A stretch of DNA of 61,697 bases, taken from positions 1-61,697 of IMG/VR virus record IMGVR_UViG_3300002485_000002; one strand, written 5' to 3'. How positions within the stretch are numbered: position 1 is the first letter of the stretch; every line of letters starts with the position of its first letter. This document shows, in pieces, positions 35,685 through 45,674 of this stretch. A program made the position numbers and the translations under genes. A model generated the notes under the pieces. It was given only the letters and a program-made list of their open reading frames with translations. It did no database searches and was not told the DNA's origin. Origin of the DNA: a virus. Its lineage: Duplodnaviria; Caudoviricetes.

Positions 35685-36263
35685 TCATCGGGCGTATCCC
35701 TCGCACCATGCGCCGATCCATCCGCCCTTACGGAGCGCCGGCCGGTATTTGCGCTTGAGTGCCTTGATATCATCTCGGTCATCCGCATTCGGTATGTCAG
35801 CCCAAATGTCGAAGTAGATAGCGTCGAAGGCCCGGCGCGGTGGAATCCAAGATCGGGCATCGGCCTCAATTATCTTGACGGTAGGGAAGTGAGGAGCTAC
35901 GAGAGCGATTACGTCGGCGTTCTTTTCAAGAACAGTTACAGACGCAATGCCGTCCTGGAGAATCGGGCGCAGAATAAATCCAATACCCAGTCCGGCAATC
36001 AGGACATCTCCGGTCATTCGCTTGACGGCTTGCAACTGTGTGCGCCATTCAAACTCCGCATCGGTCATCCACAGGGTATCGCCGATAAACAACCGCGTGT
36101 ACGTTTGGCAGTCGAGCGGTTGACCCTCGAAGCGTGCCCGCAGTCTCGTGAACCGATCCGGCGTGTGATGGACAATCTTCGCCGTTCCGTGTTCGCCAGC
36201 CGGGATCAGTTTGTGAAAAGACCCAGGCTTCCACGGCGTCCGCTTCGGCTTGTTCTCAGGCAT
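35685..36263 (-). CDS. SAM-dependent methyltransferase-fold protein (spermidine-synthase-like)
   Basis: DVLIAGLGIG, VTVLEK..DVI, EADA, FDAIYFDIW. Confidence 0.8.
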   Translation of the reverse strand: MPENKPKRTPWKPGSFHKLIPAGEHGTAKIVHHTPDRFTRLRARFEGQPLDCQTYTRLFIGDTLWMTDAEFEWRTQLQAVKRMTGDVLIAGLGIGFILRPILQDGIASVTVLEKNADVIALVAPHFPTVKIIEADARSWIPPRRAFDAIYFDIWADIPNADDRDDIKALKRKYRPALRKGGWIGAWCEGYAR

Positions 36264-36430
36264 GGGAACCTCGTATTTTGTCACTCGCGCTGTCCGGCCA
36301 AGGAGGCAACTCGCTCCAGCTCCCGATTTCGACATGCTCAGTACCGTCTGGTTCGATCCAAGCCCAGCCCTCAACATCTTCTTCGTCTCAGTCTGGGCTT
36401 TATCGGCTATCATCGCAGCCTCCAGACACA

Positions 36431-36460
36431 ACTATACCCCAATGGGAATAGAATTGTCAA
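36431..36460 (-). promoter_or_regulatory. Sigma70 promoter TTGACA-18-TATAGT
   Basis: Near-consensus; heads the leftward operon. Confidence 0.75.
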
Positions 36461-36475
36461 GAGAAATCTTTCTCT

Positions 36476-36670
36476 CTATGTTTTCAGAGACTTACGGGGA
36501 CGACCGTTCTTTCGCTTGGTTATCTGACGCCGGAGAAGGTCCCCTGGGCGGATCGCAAAGCGGCCCCCGATGGCTTGTGCCGGCAACCGGCCATCTTCGA
36601 TAAACTGCCGGATGCGGCGGGGAGACAGGTCCATGCGCAAGGCGGCATCCTTAGTCGAGATCAACTCCAT
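36476..36670 (-). CDS. Excisionase/HTH_17-like DNA-binding protein
   Basis: ISTKDAA..MDLS.RRIRQ.I..GRLPA..IG....I; GRPRK tail. Confidence 0.8.
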   Translation of the reverse strand: MELISTKDAALRMDLSPRRIRQFIEDGRLPAQAIGGRFAIRPGDLLRRQITKRKNGRPRKSLKT

Positions 36671-36678
36671 CGCCAATA

Positions 36679-36752
36679 AGTGTACCCGAAGCGGCAGGAA
36701 AAATGCAAGCGAAAAAAAAGTCTTGACATTCCGCTTCCCCTGCGGGTATACT
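36679..36752. promoter_or_regulatory. Back-to-back promoters: leftward TTGCAT-18-TACACT (36708-36679), rightward TTGACA-18-TATACT (36723-36752)
   Basis: At the strand switch; both spacers contain CCGCTTC and end in CGGG. Confidence 0.7.
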
Positions 36753-36841
36753 TTCTGCTGTGCCTCTTAACGGCCCGGTAGAATGAAGGGTGCCGAACAG
36801 CAGACGGGTTGAGTGAGCGGTACTAGCGCATTGGAGGGACG

Positions 36842-38503
36842 ATGGAAAATAAAGCGAAGACGCTGCTGGAGCTTGCCCGTGAAACACCTGTCCGGAAGCA
36901 TTCGCCGATAGATGAACAGCATGTGAAACTGGCCGTTGCCTGGGTGTGCGGCGAAATCGAGTTGAACCAAGTTCGGGTCGTTTTGAACAAAGGTAAGACG
37001 GCGGGTGAGGCGATTTACTGCATATTGGCCCGTGGCCTTCGCGCCGCCTATACCGCTGGCCTGCTCCAGAAGGGGGGCAAGTAAATGGCAAAGCAAACAT
37101 TAACTCGGCTCCGAGAGAAGGAAGTTTGGGACCGCGCACGGCTTCTCCGTGAAGTGTATCACGTTGCTCCGTCCTTAGCCGATGCCATAGGACGCGAGCA
37201 GATAGACGAGCGGGATGCCATGCTATTGCTTTTGGCGGCCTTAGTCCACGGGCCGCGAAAGGCTAATAGCGTTGTATGTATTCCTAAGAAAAAGTGCGCA
37301 CTCTTTACGCGACGGCTGCGGGTCAATGGGATATTTCGCGGTGATCGAGTCCACGGTTCTTATCTCGGTAAAAATGGTGGCCTGAGCCTTGTCGCGGATT
37401 CCTGTGTCGCTCTTGGTTGGCTGAATAGACAATGAGGGCTATCGAACAGCACGAAGCTGCGCTCCTACGCGCCCTGGTGCGCTTTAGCCGGGGGCAGCGA
37501 CCTTCTGGACCTGGCGCATCTTATCATAAACTCGAAGTGAAGGGGTGGGTGCGGAAACGAATACACGAGGTAACGAGAAATGAGTTTTACTACGAACTCA
37601 CTCCAGAAGGCAAGCGCATGGTGAAGTTGGCGACTGGAGGGCAGGAATCATGACGACCCGTGAACGTCGGTTGCAAGAAGCGGTCCAAGAGATAATGCAC
37701 CTTGCCTATAATTTTCCCTCCGGGATTGAAGAGGACGCTGATCCGAACAACAAATCGCCGGATGATATTATGGCTTGGGGTGCCGGGTTGATTGTGCAGA
37801 TATGCGAGCGAGTGTTGGCGGAGACGGAGGATAACAAAAAGTGACGCGGCAAGCGCTCTGGCAAAACAAGCATAGGGAAGCCGGATTGTGCGTGCATTGT
37901 CCAGCCAAGATATGCAAGCAGAGCGTGAAATTCTGCCTGAAACATATGCAGATGCGTAGAGAGAGCGAACGGCGTAGGTCTGGCCGGGTGAGACGGAACT
38001 TCGGTGCGTCTAGTTATCAAGAGGGTAAATCATGAGACAAGCTAGAGATCCATTGCTCTGCGCGATCATCAAGATACAGCGGGCGCTCTCGAAGCTGCCG
38101 ACTGAGGCGCATCGCCTATGGGCGCTCGGCAGTGTAGCTAACGCCTTCGGACTTCCCGATGAGGCGTATTTGATCGCCAAGGAAATCGTAAGGCGAGCGC
38201 AGGAGAAGGCCAATGGCTGACATGTGCCTCTACTGCCACTTGGATACGGCGGGAAACCACGAGTACTTCTGCCCCAATAATCCCGTGAACTCGGGCTTGC
38301 TCCAACCGCAGACCGAGACTACGACCGGGATCAAACGTGCAGGTTCACTCGCAGACACGGACATCTGGAAGGAATCCTGTCTGCCACGCTATACCTTTGA
38401 GGATGTAGAGAAATGGCATAACGAACACCCGTTATTTGTCAGATACGGACCCAAGCTGAGCCGCCCTGCGGCGGTTGAGCCTGGCCCCGAGCCAGAGAAA
38501 TAA
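36842..38503 (+). other. Run of short coupled early genes (36842, 37085, 37432, 37650, 37841, 38032, 38213)
   Basis: Overlapping stop/start codons and RBSs; no functions recognised. Confidence 0.6.
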
Positions 38504-38522
38504 TGAAAGGGAGGTAAGAAGC

Positions 38523-39206
38523 ATGGCAGGTTTTCGACTTATCAAGGGGTATCCGGTGCGAGATGTTCTGCCGCCCGGTTTTCTCACCGTCGAGGATGGT
38601 GGACGGTGGGTGAAAGCGCCTTCAGGTAATTTTGATGGCGCAGGTTTGTACTGGCAGACCTTTGGGCCGTTTTCTCCGCAGCGGCCTTGGGAGGAGGTAC
38701 AGGAACAGAAGCAGGAATCTCCCGGTTACCTCCTCCCGCCAGCTTACGTGGCCATCGCTGGCCCTCGACCCCTTCCGGGCGAGTATGACGCGCATACTTG
38801 GTGGCAAGCCGCCAACCAAGGATGGGAAGAAGACCTGGAACGGTTTGGGGACCAAGGCCGATCAGAGGAAGTGGCGGCAGCTCTCGCTCAGGTCAGTGGG
38901 GGAATCGTCGCTAAGCACCTTGGGAAGTATGGTTTAGGCTGGTCGATGCCTTGGTTCAGTACCCGGGATGGTTGGCTATTACGGTTCACTAAGTTCACGC
39001 AGCGGCCGCGAAACGCGAAGCGGCAGTATCTGGATTATTCACTTTTCCAGTTGCTTGAGAATCTGGGGATCGCCATTTCTTCTCTCCAGATCGCAGCGCT
39101 GGAACGCGGGATGGACCCGAGCGAGGGCGGGTTCGAGAAGTTTCCGTGGGTGCCGGTGCAACTGTGGCCGGATTTTGAGACGGGGCCGCACGCGCCGACG
39201 GGTTAA
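38523..39206 (+). CDS. Hypothetical protein
   Basis: GGGGAGGT RBS. Confidence 0.7.
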   Translation: MAGFRLIKGYPVRDVLPPGFLTVEDGGRWVKAPSGNFDGAGLYWQTFGPFSPQRPWEEVQEQKQESPGYLLPPAYVAIAGPRPLPGEYDAHTWWQAANQGWEEDLERFGDQGRSEEVAAALAQVSGGIVAKHLGKYGLGWSMPWFSTRDGWLLRFTKFTQRPRNAKRQYLDYSLFQLLENLGIAISSLQIAALERGMDPSEGGFEKFPWVPVQLWPDFETGPHAPTG

Positions 39207-39213
39207 CGAGTTT

Positions 39214-39576
39214 GCAGGCAGAAAAGGGATGGGACGACAATCTGACAAATCGTCCGCCTTGTCGGTTGCGGTAAGTGAAGGCAACCGCTGGGGAAACCGG
39301 ATGTACTTCCGGCTGCCTGCCCGGACATTCGGCGAGGCCCCGAGCCTTGCCTGGAAAGGAGGTCCCGTACCAGAGCCACCGGCCCCCTGTGAATAGAGGC
39401 GCAGGGGGCCGTTTTGGGGCTGACTGCGAACGTACCCGAAGTTTGGGCAAGATTACAGCGTTCACAATTCAGCCCCTCCAGATTGAGGGACCTGAAGTCT
39501 GCGGCTTCCAACACGGTTGGAGCCACCAGCACGTGCCTGGGCGCAGTGGCAGTGCTCAGGGGGAGGCCGCAGACTT
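39214..39576 (+). ncRNA. Putative structured non-coding RNA cluster
   Basis: Intergenic, no credible gene; multiple nested stems (see findings). Confidence 0.5.
39380..39415 (+). terminator. Rho-independent terminator-like hairpin
   Basis: CGGCCCCCTG/CAGGGGGCCG followed by TTTT. Confidence 0.55.
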
Positions 39577-39605
39577 GAGGTTCTTATGCCAAAGGAGGCT
39601 AGAAA

Positions 39606-40037
39606 ATGAGAAGTTCGCAAAACGGGCAGATCGAATGGATTCTGGTTCCAATTCTTGGGCTGTTTTTGATTCTCCTTGTAGCGTTCGGAATGTGGGGATG
39701 TCCCAGATACGGTATCTACGAACAACGACTCAGTGGCGAGGCGGAGTTGGCGAAGGCTACACAGAACCGACAGATCCGCATTCAGGAGGCCAGCGCCAAA
39801 ATGGAATCAGCGAAGTTGGAGGCGGGAGCTGAGATTGAGAGGGCAAAGGGTGTGGCGCAAGCGAACGAAATCATCGGGCAATCCCTGAAGGGGAATGAAG
39901 CCTACCTGCGCTATCTCTGGATTCAGGGACTGGAGAATGGGACTGCCCCTACGATCGTCTACGTTCCGACAGAGGCCGGACTGCCGATTCTGGAGGCGGG
40001 ACGGTTTGGGTTTGGCGTGACTCCCAAGGAGAAATGA
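39606..40037 (+). CDS. SPFH/band-7-like phage membrane protein
   Basis: TM segment, GEAELA.A.QNRQI, ERAKGVA.AN.IIG.SL, YLRYLWI, YVPTEAGLPILEA. Confidence 0.8.
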   Translation: MRSSQNGQIEWILVPILGLFLILLVAFGMWGCPRYGIYEQRLSGEAELAKATQNRQIRIQEASAKMESAKLEAGAEIERAKGVAQANEIIGQSLKGNEAYLRYLWIQGLENGTAPTIVYVPTEAGLPILEAGRFGFGVTPKEK

Positions 40038-40333
40038 GGTCTCTTATGCCAGCGGAAAAGCAGCCTTCATGGTTTGCGCAACTGCGCTGGGCCAGGACAA
40101 GCTCGGCCCGCTGGCTCCAACTTTATTGCCAGCGGCGGCGGGAGCGAATCCCGCTGAGGACAATCTTGAAGGGGGCGCCCGATGGGAAGCAAAGTCGCTA
40201 AAAGCCCGGCCATAGCCGAGGACGCAGGTGGGCGGGTGACGACCGCCCTGAAACCATCGGTGTTCGGATCAGGCAACCCCCAGGCCGTACCCAATCGGCC
40301 CGCTGGCTTCAGATCGGAAGGAGGTGATGCCAA

Positions 40334-40495
40334 GTGGAATCGGTGGAATCGGCAGAGCAGCAGATAAAGCGGCTTGCTCGGTTCATCATGGAAATACCTG
40401 GTGAACCGAGTCAATCCGAGGGGGCAGTAGATACCGCAATCAGACTCTTGCGTCAATACCTACGGGCGGCGCAAGCGGCGAAGAAGGGAAGCTGA
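40334..40495 (+). CDS. 53-aa hypothetical protein (not in ORF track)
   Basis: Very strong SD GAAGGAGGTGAT; MESVESAEQQIKRLARFIMEIPGEPSQSEGAVDTAIRLL. Confidence 0.6.
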   Translation: MESVESAEQQIKRLARFIMEIPGEPSQSEGAVDTAIRLLRQYLRAAQAAKKGS

Positions 40496-41522
40496 AGATG
40501 ACCGGCTCCTGGGTACAACACAGCGGGTACGCCTGCCTCTGCGACTCCTGCGGCGCGGACCTAGTGGGCGAACCGCCCTGTTATCTCGTGATCTATTTCA
40601 TGGAGCGCGATTCGAGACGGCGGCATTGCGTTGTTTGCGCCGTCCGTAAGTGCCGGGCGGCGGTCCAGATCGTGCGGGCGCGGGAGGAGGGCAAATAAAA
40701 ATGCAACGATGTCCGCAGTGCGGCGGGAGGGGTAAGCATAGGGATTCCTGTGACCGGGGGTTTTCTGCTATGGCACGTACTTCTGGTATCACGCCGACTG
40801 ACCCTCGGCGGCAGGAAGCGCTGGAGGCGGCGCGGCAGTTCTTCTTCTCAGAGGCTCGCTTCATTGGAGACGGAGTGGAGCGGCTGGCCGAACTTCTGAT
40901 TGTCTGGGGGCACAAGGAGCGGGCGGACGAGTTGCGGGATTTGTGTGGGCTTGAGGAAGTACAAGCCCCTTTTGGTGAAATTTCTGAGGGGTTTCTCCGA
41001 GACCGCATTGACGCCATAGAAGCCGAAGGGAGGAAGTGATGACTAAGCCTAGTCGGTGTATTGATATGCTCTTGCGTAGTATCTGGCAGCAAGGGTCGTC
41101 AGAGGAGGCTATTCGTAGTAACTACATTCTCCGCGCTTGGCAGGAAGATGCGCTAATGGTTGAGCGCCTTACGAACTTTGGCCTACTAGGGCGATTGGCC
41201 GATTACATATGGCCGCAAACTATAGACCAATTCAAGATGCGTGAGATTGAGGAGCGGGCCACCCTCGAAGCCGAAGGGAGGAAGTGATGCTCACTGGATA
41301 CTTTGCTCTTCCTGACAGCCAACATCGTGGGCGCTTTCATGCGGTCGAGAGTTTTTATCCCGACAATTATCGAGCGCTTTGCGGATGGAGACCGCGCCCG
41401 GAGTTGAACTTCTTCGGACTCCTACAGTGCGCTGAAGGGTTGGAGGAAATCTCCGCGAGAGGATGGTCGTGCTGCGCCCGCTGTCAGGCGGCGATTCAAC
41501 GAAGAGGGCGAGGAGGGAAGCC

Positions 41523-42023
41523 GTGAGCGATCGACCGGACCGGCTCGAACACATCAAGCGCGAGTGTGACGCCTACGACAGATACGAACCGCCGAACTAT
41601 CCGGTGGAAGACGTGCGCTGGCTCATCGCCGAGGTCGAGCGGCTGCGACGAATGAACTTGTGCTCTGTGTGTGCTGGTGTGGCCCTTCAAAGCGGACGCC
41701 CGTGTATCTGTGCTGGCGGAGGAAGCGCCGATGATGAAAGAGACGGACTCCACGTCGAGGTCGAGCGGCTGCGAGGCGATGTAAGCGCCTGGAAAAAAGC
41801 GTGTGACTATCAGAAAGATGTGGCAATCAAATGCTCGGACACCGCAGCAAGATTTGAGCGTGAAGTCGAGCGGCTGCGGAAGGAGAACACCGACTTGCGC
41901 GAGGCCATCTCTCCAGCACGGATCGGAAGAAATGTAGATTACTACGTCGCTGTGGCCGCAAAAATGCGCGAACAGCAGCAGCGAATCCTTCCCCTGCAAA
42001 CGAAGGGAGCATATCGACGATGA
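41523..42023 (+). CDS. Ead/Ea22-like coiled-coil protein with three EVERLR repeats
   Basis: DVRWLIAEVERLR; GGAGG RBS and GTG start. Confidence 0.6.
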   Translation: MSDRPDRLEHIKRECDAYDRYEPPNYPVEDVRWLIAEVERLRRMNLCSVCAGVALQSGRPCICAGGGSADDERDGLHVEVERLRGDVSAWKKACDYQKDVAIKCSDTAARFEREVERLRKENTDLREAISPARIGRNVDYYVAVAAKMREQQQRILPLQTKGAYRR

Positions 42024-42415
42024 CGCGGACTGAAATCACCCTCGACGACCTGATTCTGCTGGCTGAGGCGTGCGGCCTGAAGCGCGTGGATACAATGCCG
42101 GAGGTCTGGGCCGGCTCAGATGTGTACTTAGTAGACCGCGGCGGTAAGGCGATCTATATTCGGGATCAGCACGGACGTCCGGCAGAACAGGCATGGAACC
42201 CCTACACTTCTTTCAGCGATGCCGGGATGCTGATGCGGGCGTTGGGGATCGACTTGATCCTTCACATGCATGGAAATACTCCGTACTGGGAAGCAAGCGG
42301 TTCGTGGTATCTGAATGAGTCTAACGTAGCGGGGCGCGGTGACGGCAACACCAAAGCCGCCCAGTGCGAAGCGATCTGCCGGGCGGCGCTCCAGATTGTG
42401 GGGGCGAAGGGATGA
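42020..42415 (+). CDS. NinX-like protein
   Basis: LAEA.G...WNPYTS.SDA..L...AICRAAL. Confidence 0.65.
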   Translation: MTRTEITLDDLILLAEACGLKRVDTMPEVWAGSDVYLVDRGGKAIYIRDQHGRPAEQAWNPYTSFSDAGMLMRALGIDLILHMHGNTPYWEASGSWYLNESNVAGRGDGNTKAAQCEAICRAALQIVGAKG

Positions 42416-44090
42416 AACGGAGGGCACATGATGTTCTGTGAAATCTGCGGGAAGCCGCCCGACTTTCGATATGTCACCGCGACAGGCGAACCAATCGGCA
42501 CTCCACGTAACTGGACACAGAGCTGGGCGCAAGGCAAAGGCGCCGGCTACCACGTCGGATGTATGGCGGAGCGCTACGATCAAATGCGGGAAGCGCTGGA
42601 GGCGTTTTGCTGGGCCACTCGCGCCGATCCTGCTCTGCATCCCACATGGGATATTCTACTCGAAGCCGGGGTTGCCGCCCTCGCCACCGTGAGGGCGAAA
42701 GGATGATACTGCAAATCGGCCAGCACGGCGTTGCTTTCAATCGCTACCAGATTTTCTTTTTCGGCGCACCGGCGAGATGGAAACTATGCGGGTGGATCGC
42801 ACGGTTCTGGATTCCGAAAAAATACCGGAAGCTCTGTATCGGAGAGTTTCTTACTAGTGCGGGGCGTATACCGTCACTGACCGCTGAGGAACGCGCAGCA
42901 AAGTTTTTCTTCGGGCATGATCCAAGATCATGACCACAACCCTGTTCATCGACGGCATGACCACATGGCTGCTGTGCATGGGTGCTCTGTGCGCAGTGTT
43001 TGCCCTGTTCGGGCTGGCGGATGAAGCGGCAGTGCGGTGGTGGAAGCGGAGGCACCTATGAACTTCTGGCCCTTCCGCTGCCGCCACGCTCATCTTCAGT
43101 TCCCGCGCCGCCAACCTGACGGGCGCGACTGGCAGTACTGCCCGGACTGCCACAAGCGAATCCTGAGCACGACGCAGTTCCAAGTACCGACGCCGGTGCG
43201 CCGTCCGGGGAATGTTACCATCGAGAAGACGGGGCTGGAACGGATGGGGAGGCTACATGGTTGAAGCCGTCGCTTTAGCGGTGAAGGCTATCGCCGAGAT
43301 GGTTACCGAGATCGTCAAGGGCCAGCCCCCGGAGCTGAAGGCCAAGATGTGGGAGTGGTACGTCAAGGACATGGAGACGTGGAGGAAGTTCTGGGGAGTG
43401 GACAAGTAGCTGGTATGCCAGTGGGAAGGATAGCCTAATGAGCACACACGAGGTAAAAACTTCCGCAATCTGCATTGATTGTGGCGCTACAGTAGCTATA
43501 CCAGATGAAGAATATGTTTACGGTAGTCAGGCTTATTGCCTCAATGGACATGGCGTGATGTTTCTAGTTCACGACTGTAAATTCTGTGGAAAAGAGTTGG
43601 CATATACCATTGGGGACCCTTATGAATCCGTGGAAGAGATAGTTTGCTCGGACTGCGTGGCAAAAGTGCGTCAGAAAGCCCTTGATACGAGAATCCAGCG
43701 AGCCCGTCACGAGTCCGCGTCTGGTTGAACCGCGCATACGGAAGGAGAATCCACTGGAGAGAATGTTCCACGTGCCACAATGAAGCCTGCGGCATCAAGA
43801 CTGCGGAAGGGGAAAAGCACCAAAGCCCTGCCCTTGTCTGGTTGGCTTACCGAGATTGACAACCCCGAGTTTGAGGATTTCTCTCTCCTAAGTTTAGAGG
43901 ATCACAGGCAGGTAGCAGAACTCATGAGTAAAACGGGGAAAGGCACCAAGGCCCGACCCTCCCCTGATGAGAAACGCACAAGAAACAGGCCCTGGTCTCG
44001 CGCGGGCGCTAAGCGCGACCGCCGTTACGGAGGGCGAGTGAAGGTAAGGGACGTGCTGACGATATGGCCGGGGTCTCAAGGGAGCTGAAG

Positions 44091-44375
44091 ATGGCAAAAA
44101 CAGCGCCGGTTGTGGAGGAAACAACCTACCTGGTGGGAACCCGTCAGGTCGCCCAGGCATTGAAGGTCACCCAGCGCCGCGTGCAGCAGATGATCGGCAG
44201 CGGGCAGTTGCATGCCTACGGGTGCGCAGGACGCTGGTTGATTGATCCTCGCCAGTTGACCGACCCTAAGATCAGGCACCGGGGTCGAGGCCGACCGCGT
44301 AAAGATCGTAAGGTGCAGATCGCGCCCCGACCAGGGCCAGTTCCAGCTCCAATGATCCGGGCTGAGGAGGATTAG
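44091..44375 (+). CDS. HTH_17-like DNA-binding protein, paralog of 36476-36670
   Basis: T.QVA..L.VT.RRVQQ.I..GQL.A...GRWLI; GRPRK. Confidence 0.75.
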   Translation: MAKTAPVVEETTYLVGTRQVAQALKVTQRRVQQMIGSGQLHAYGCAGRWLIDPRQLTDPKIRHRGRGRPRKDRKVQIAPRPGPVPAPMIRAEED

Positions 44376-44378
44376 CCA

Positions 44379-44804
44379 GTGACGAGCCTGAGTATTATGT
44401 TCGATGAAATCATGGCGGTTATCCCTGAAACAGTCGGGGTGGTCATGTTTCGTCTGCCAAGCCCGAATAAGTGGGATGCCGAGAAGGCTGGCATGTGGTG
44501 CGCTGGTTTCATTGCATGCGGTGACTATATAACCAGAGATACTCTTGATTGCGGACTATATCCATACGGCGAGGGGTCAACCATTACGGAGGCGTTAGGG
44601 GCATTGAAAAAACTGATAGAGAAAATGAAAGAGCCGCCATTAGTTCATCTGAGAGGAGCGGCTATGTGTGAATGCGGGCACGATCTAGAGCATCACGATG
44701 CAAGGGATGAAGGCCGGGGCGCCTGCCTGAAATGTGCTTGTAGCGAATACGTTGAGGCAGCGTTCATTGACGCCAGTCGCGGCTATCACTGGCCCGAAGA
44801 GTAG
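44379..44804 (+). CDS. Hypothetical protein with C-terminal CxCGH...H...CxxCxC
   Basis: GAGGAGG RBS. Confidence 0.6.
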   Translation: MTSLSIMFDEIMAVIPETVGVVMFRLPSPNKWDAEKAGMWCAGFIACGDYITRDTLDCGLYPYGEGSTITEALGALKKLIEKMKEPPLVHLRGAAMCECGHDLEHHDARDEGRGACLKCACSEYVEAAFIDASRGYHWPEE

Positions 44805-45103
44805 ACCCCGTCTTATCCCGGAGCATTTTAGGAATCTCCGCTTGCGGCTATCGCCCAGACCCACGGCGCGCGCGTACTACAGGCCGCCTTGTGCAGGGCC
44901 AAAACTACCAGGACCCCACCTACACTACGCCTGTAGTTCTGAGATTGCAAGACTTTCCTCCGGGACCTCTGCGTCCCCCAGTGGGTGCTCCGTTTGCCTC
45001 GCATGGTCGTAGGCCGCCAGCAGAGAGGGAAACCGCTCGTTACAGACCCGGCAGTGCCATATCAGCGGCTGCTCTTGTCGCTGCTCTCTCTGACTCCATC
45101 GCA

Positions 45104-45394
45104 TCAGAGCTCCAAAAGACGGTCTTCCCAGTTGTTCGGTGGATGACCTTGCGCGTGGGCAGGCCAATATGCCTTTACCAGAGCCTGGCGTGGTCCAAGA
45201 GATGGGTCGCAGAGTACCCTGGCCGCCCTGAATACGGGCTTCTCATTGCTGTCTGTGGCATAGAATAGTGCACGACTCTCTCTCATCGTTTGCATCAGAT
45301 CCTCGAAAGCTGCCTTGCCCATCCTGATTTCCTTCGGCTCTATGTTTCCAAGGGTCAAATGGTTGTAAGCGTCGCTGAGAAGATCGATGTTCAT
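45104..45394 (-). CDS. 96-aa protein resembling the capsid A-domain
   Basis: L...Y...T.GNIEP and F..A.V align to MCP residues ~191-260. Confidence 0.6.
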   Translation of the reverse strand: MNIDLLSDAYNHLTLGNIEPKEIRMGKAAFEDLMQTMRESRALFYATDSNEKPVFRAARVLCDPSLGPRQALVKAYWPAHAQGHPPNNWEDRLLEL

Positions 45395-45644
45395 GTTGCA
45401 ATTTTCCCCTACAGTAGATGCACCGGGAGGTCCGGGGACTCCGGCTGATTGAATGCCCTCCAGCACTCCGCCCATTCCCCCTTCCATCCGCAATGACAGC
45501 TTACCGGGGTGTCTAAAGTGATCGACGGCCCGTAAAGCGATATGTTTGTGGTTCCGCAACCAGGGCACGCTACCCGCCAGTGTACCATCGTGTCTCCCCC
45601 TTCAACTCTTTTGCGGAACATGGCTTCTCAATCCCGACCGGACT

Positions 45645-45674
45645 AGTTTCCCATAAACCATTCCCCCGTGTCAA
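45645..45674 (-). promoter_or_regulatory. Possible promoter TTGACA-18-GAAACT
   Basis: Perfect -35; TG before a weak -10. Confidence 0.45.

Noticed and set aside
39214-39320. tRNA
   Set aside because: Cloverleaf-like topology but no TTC T-loop, D-loop GG or canonical arm lengths.
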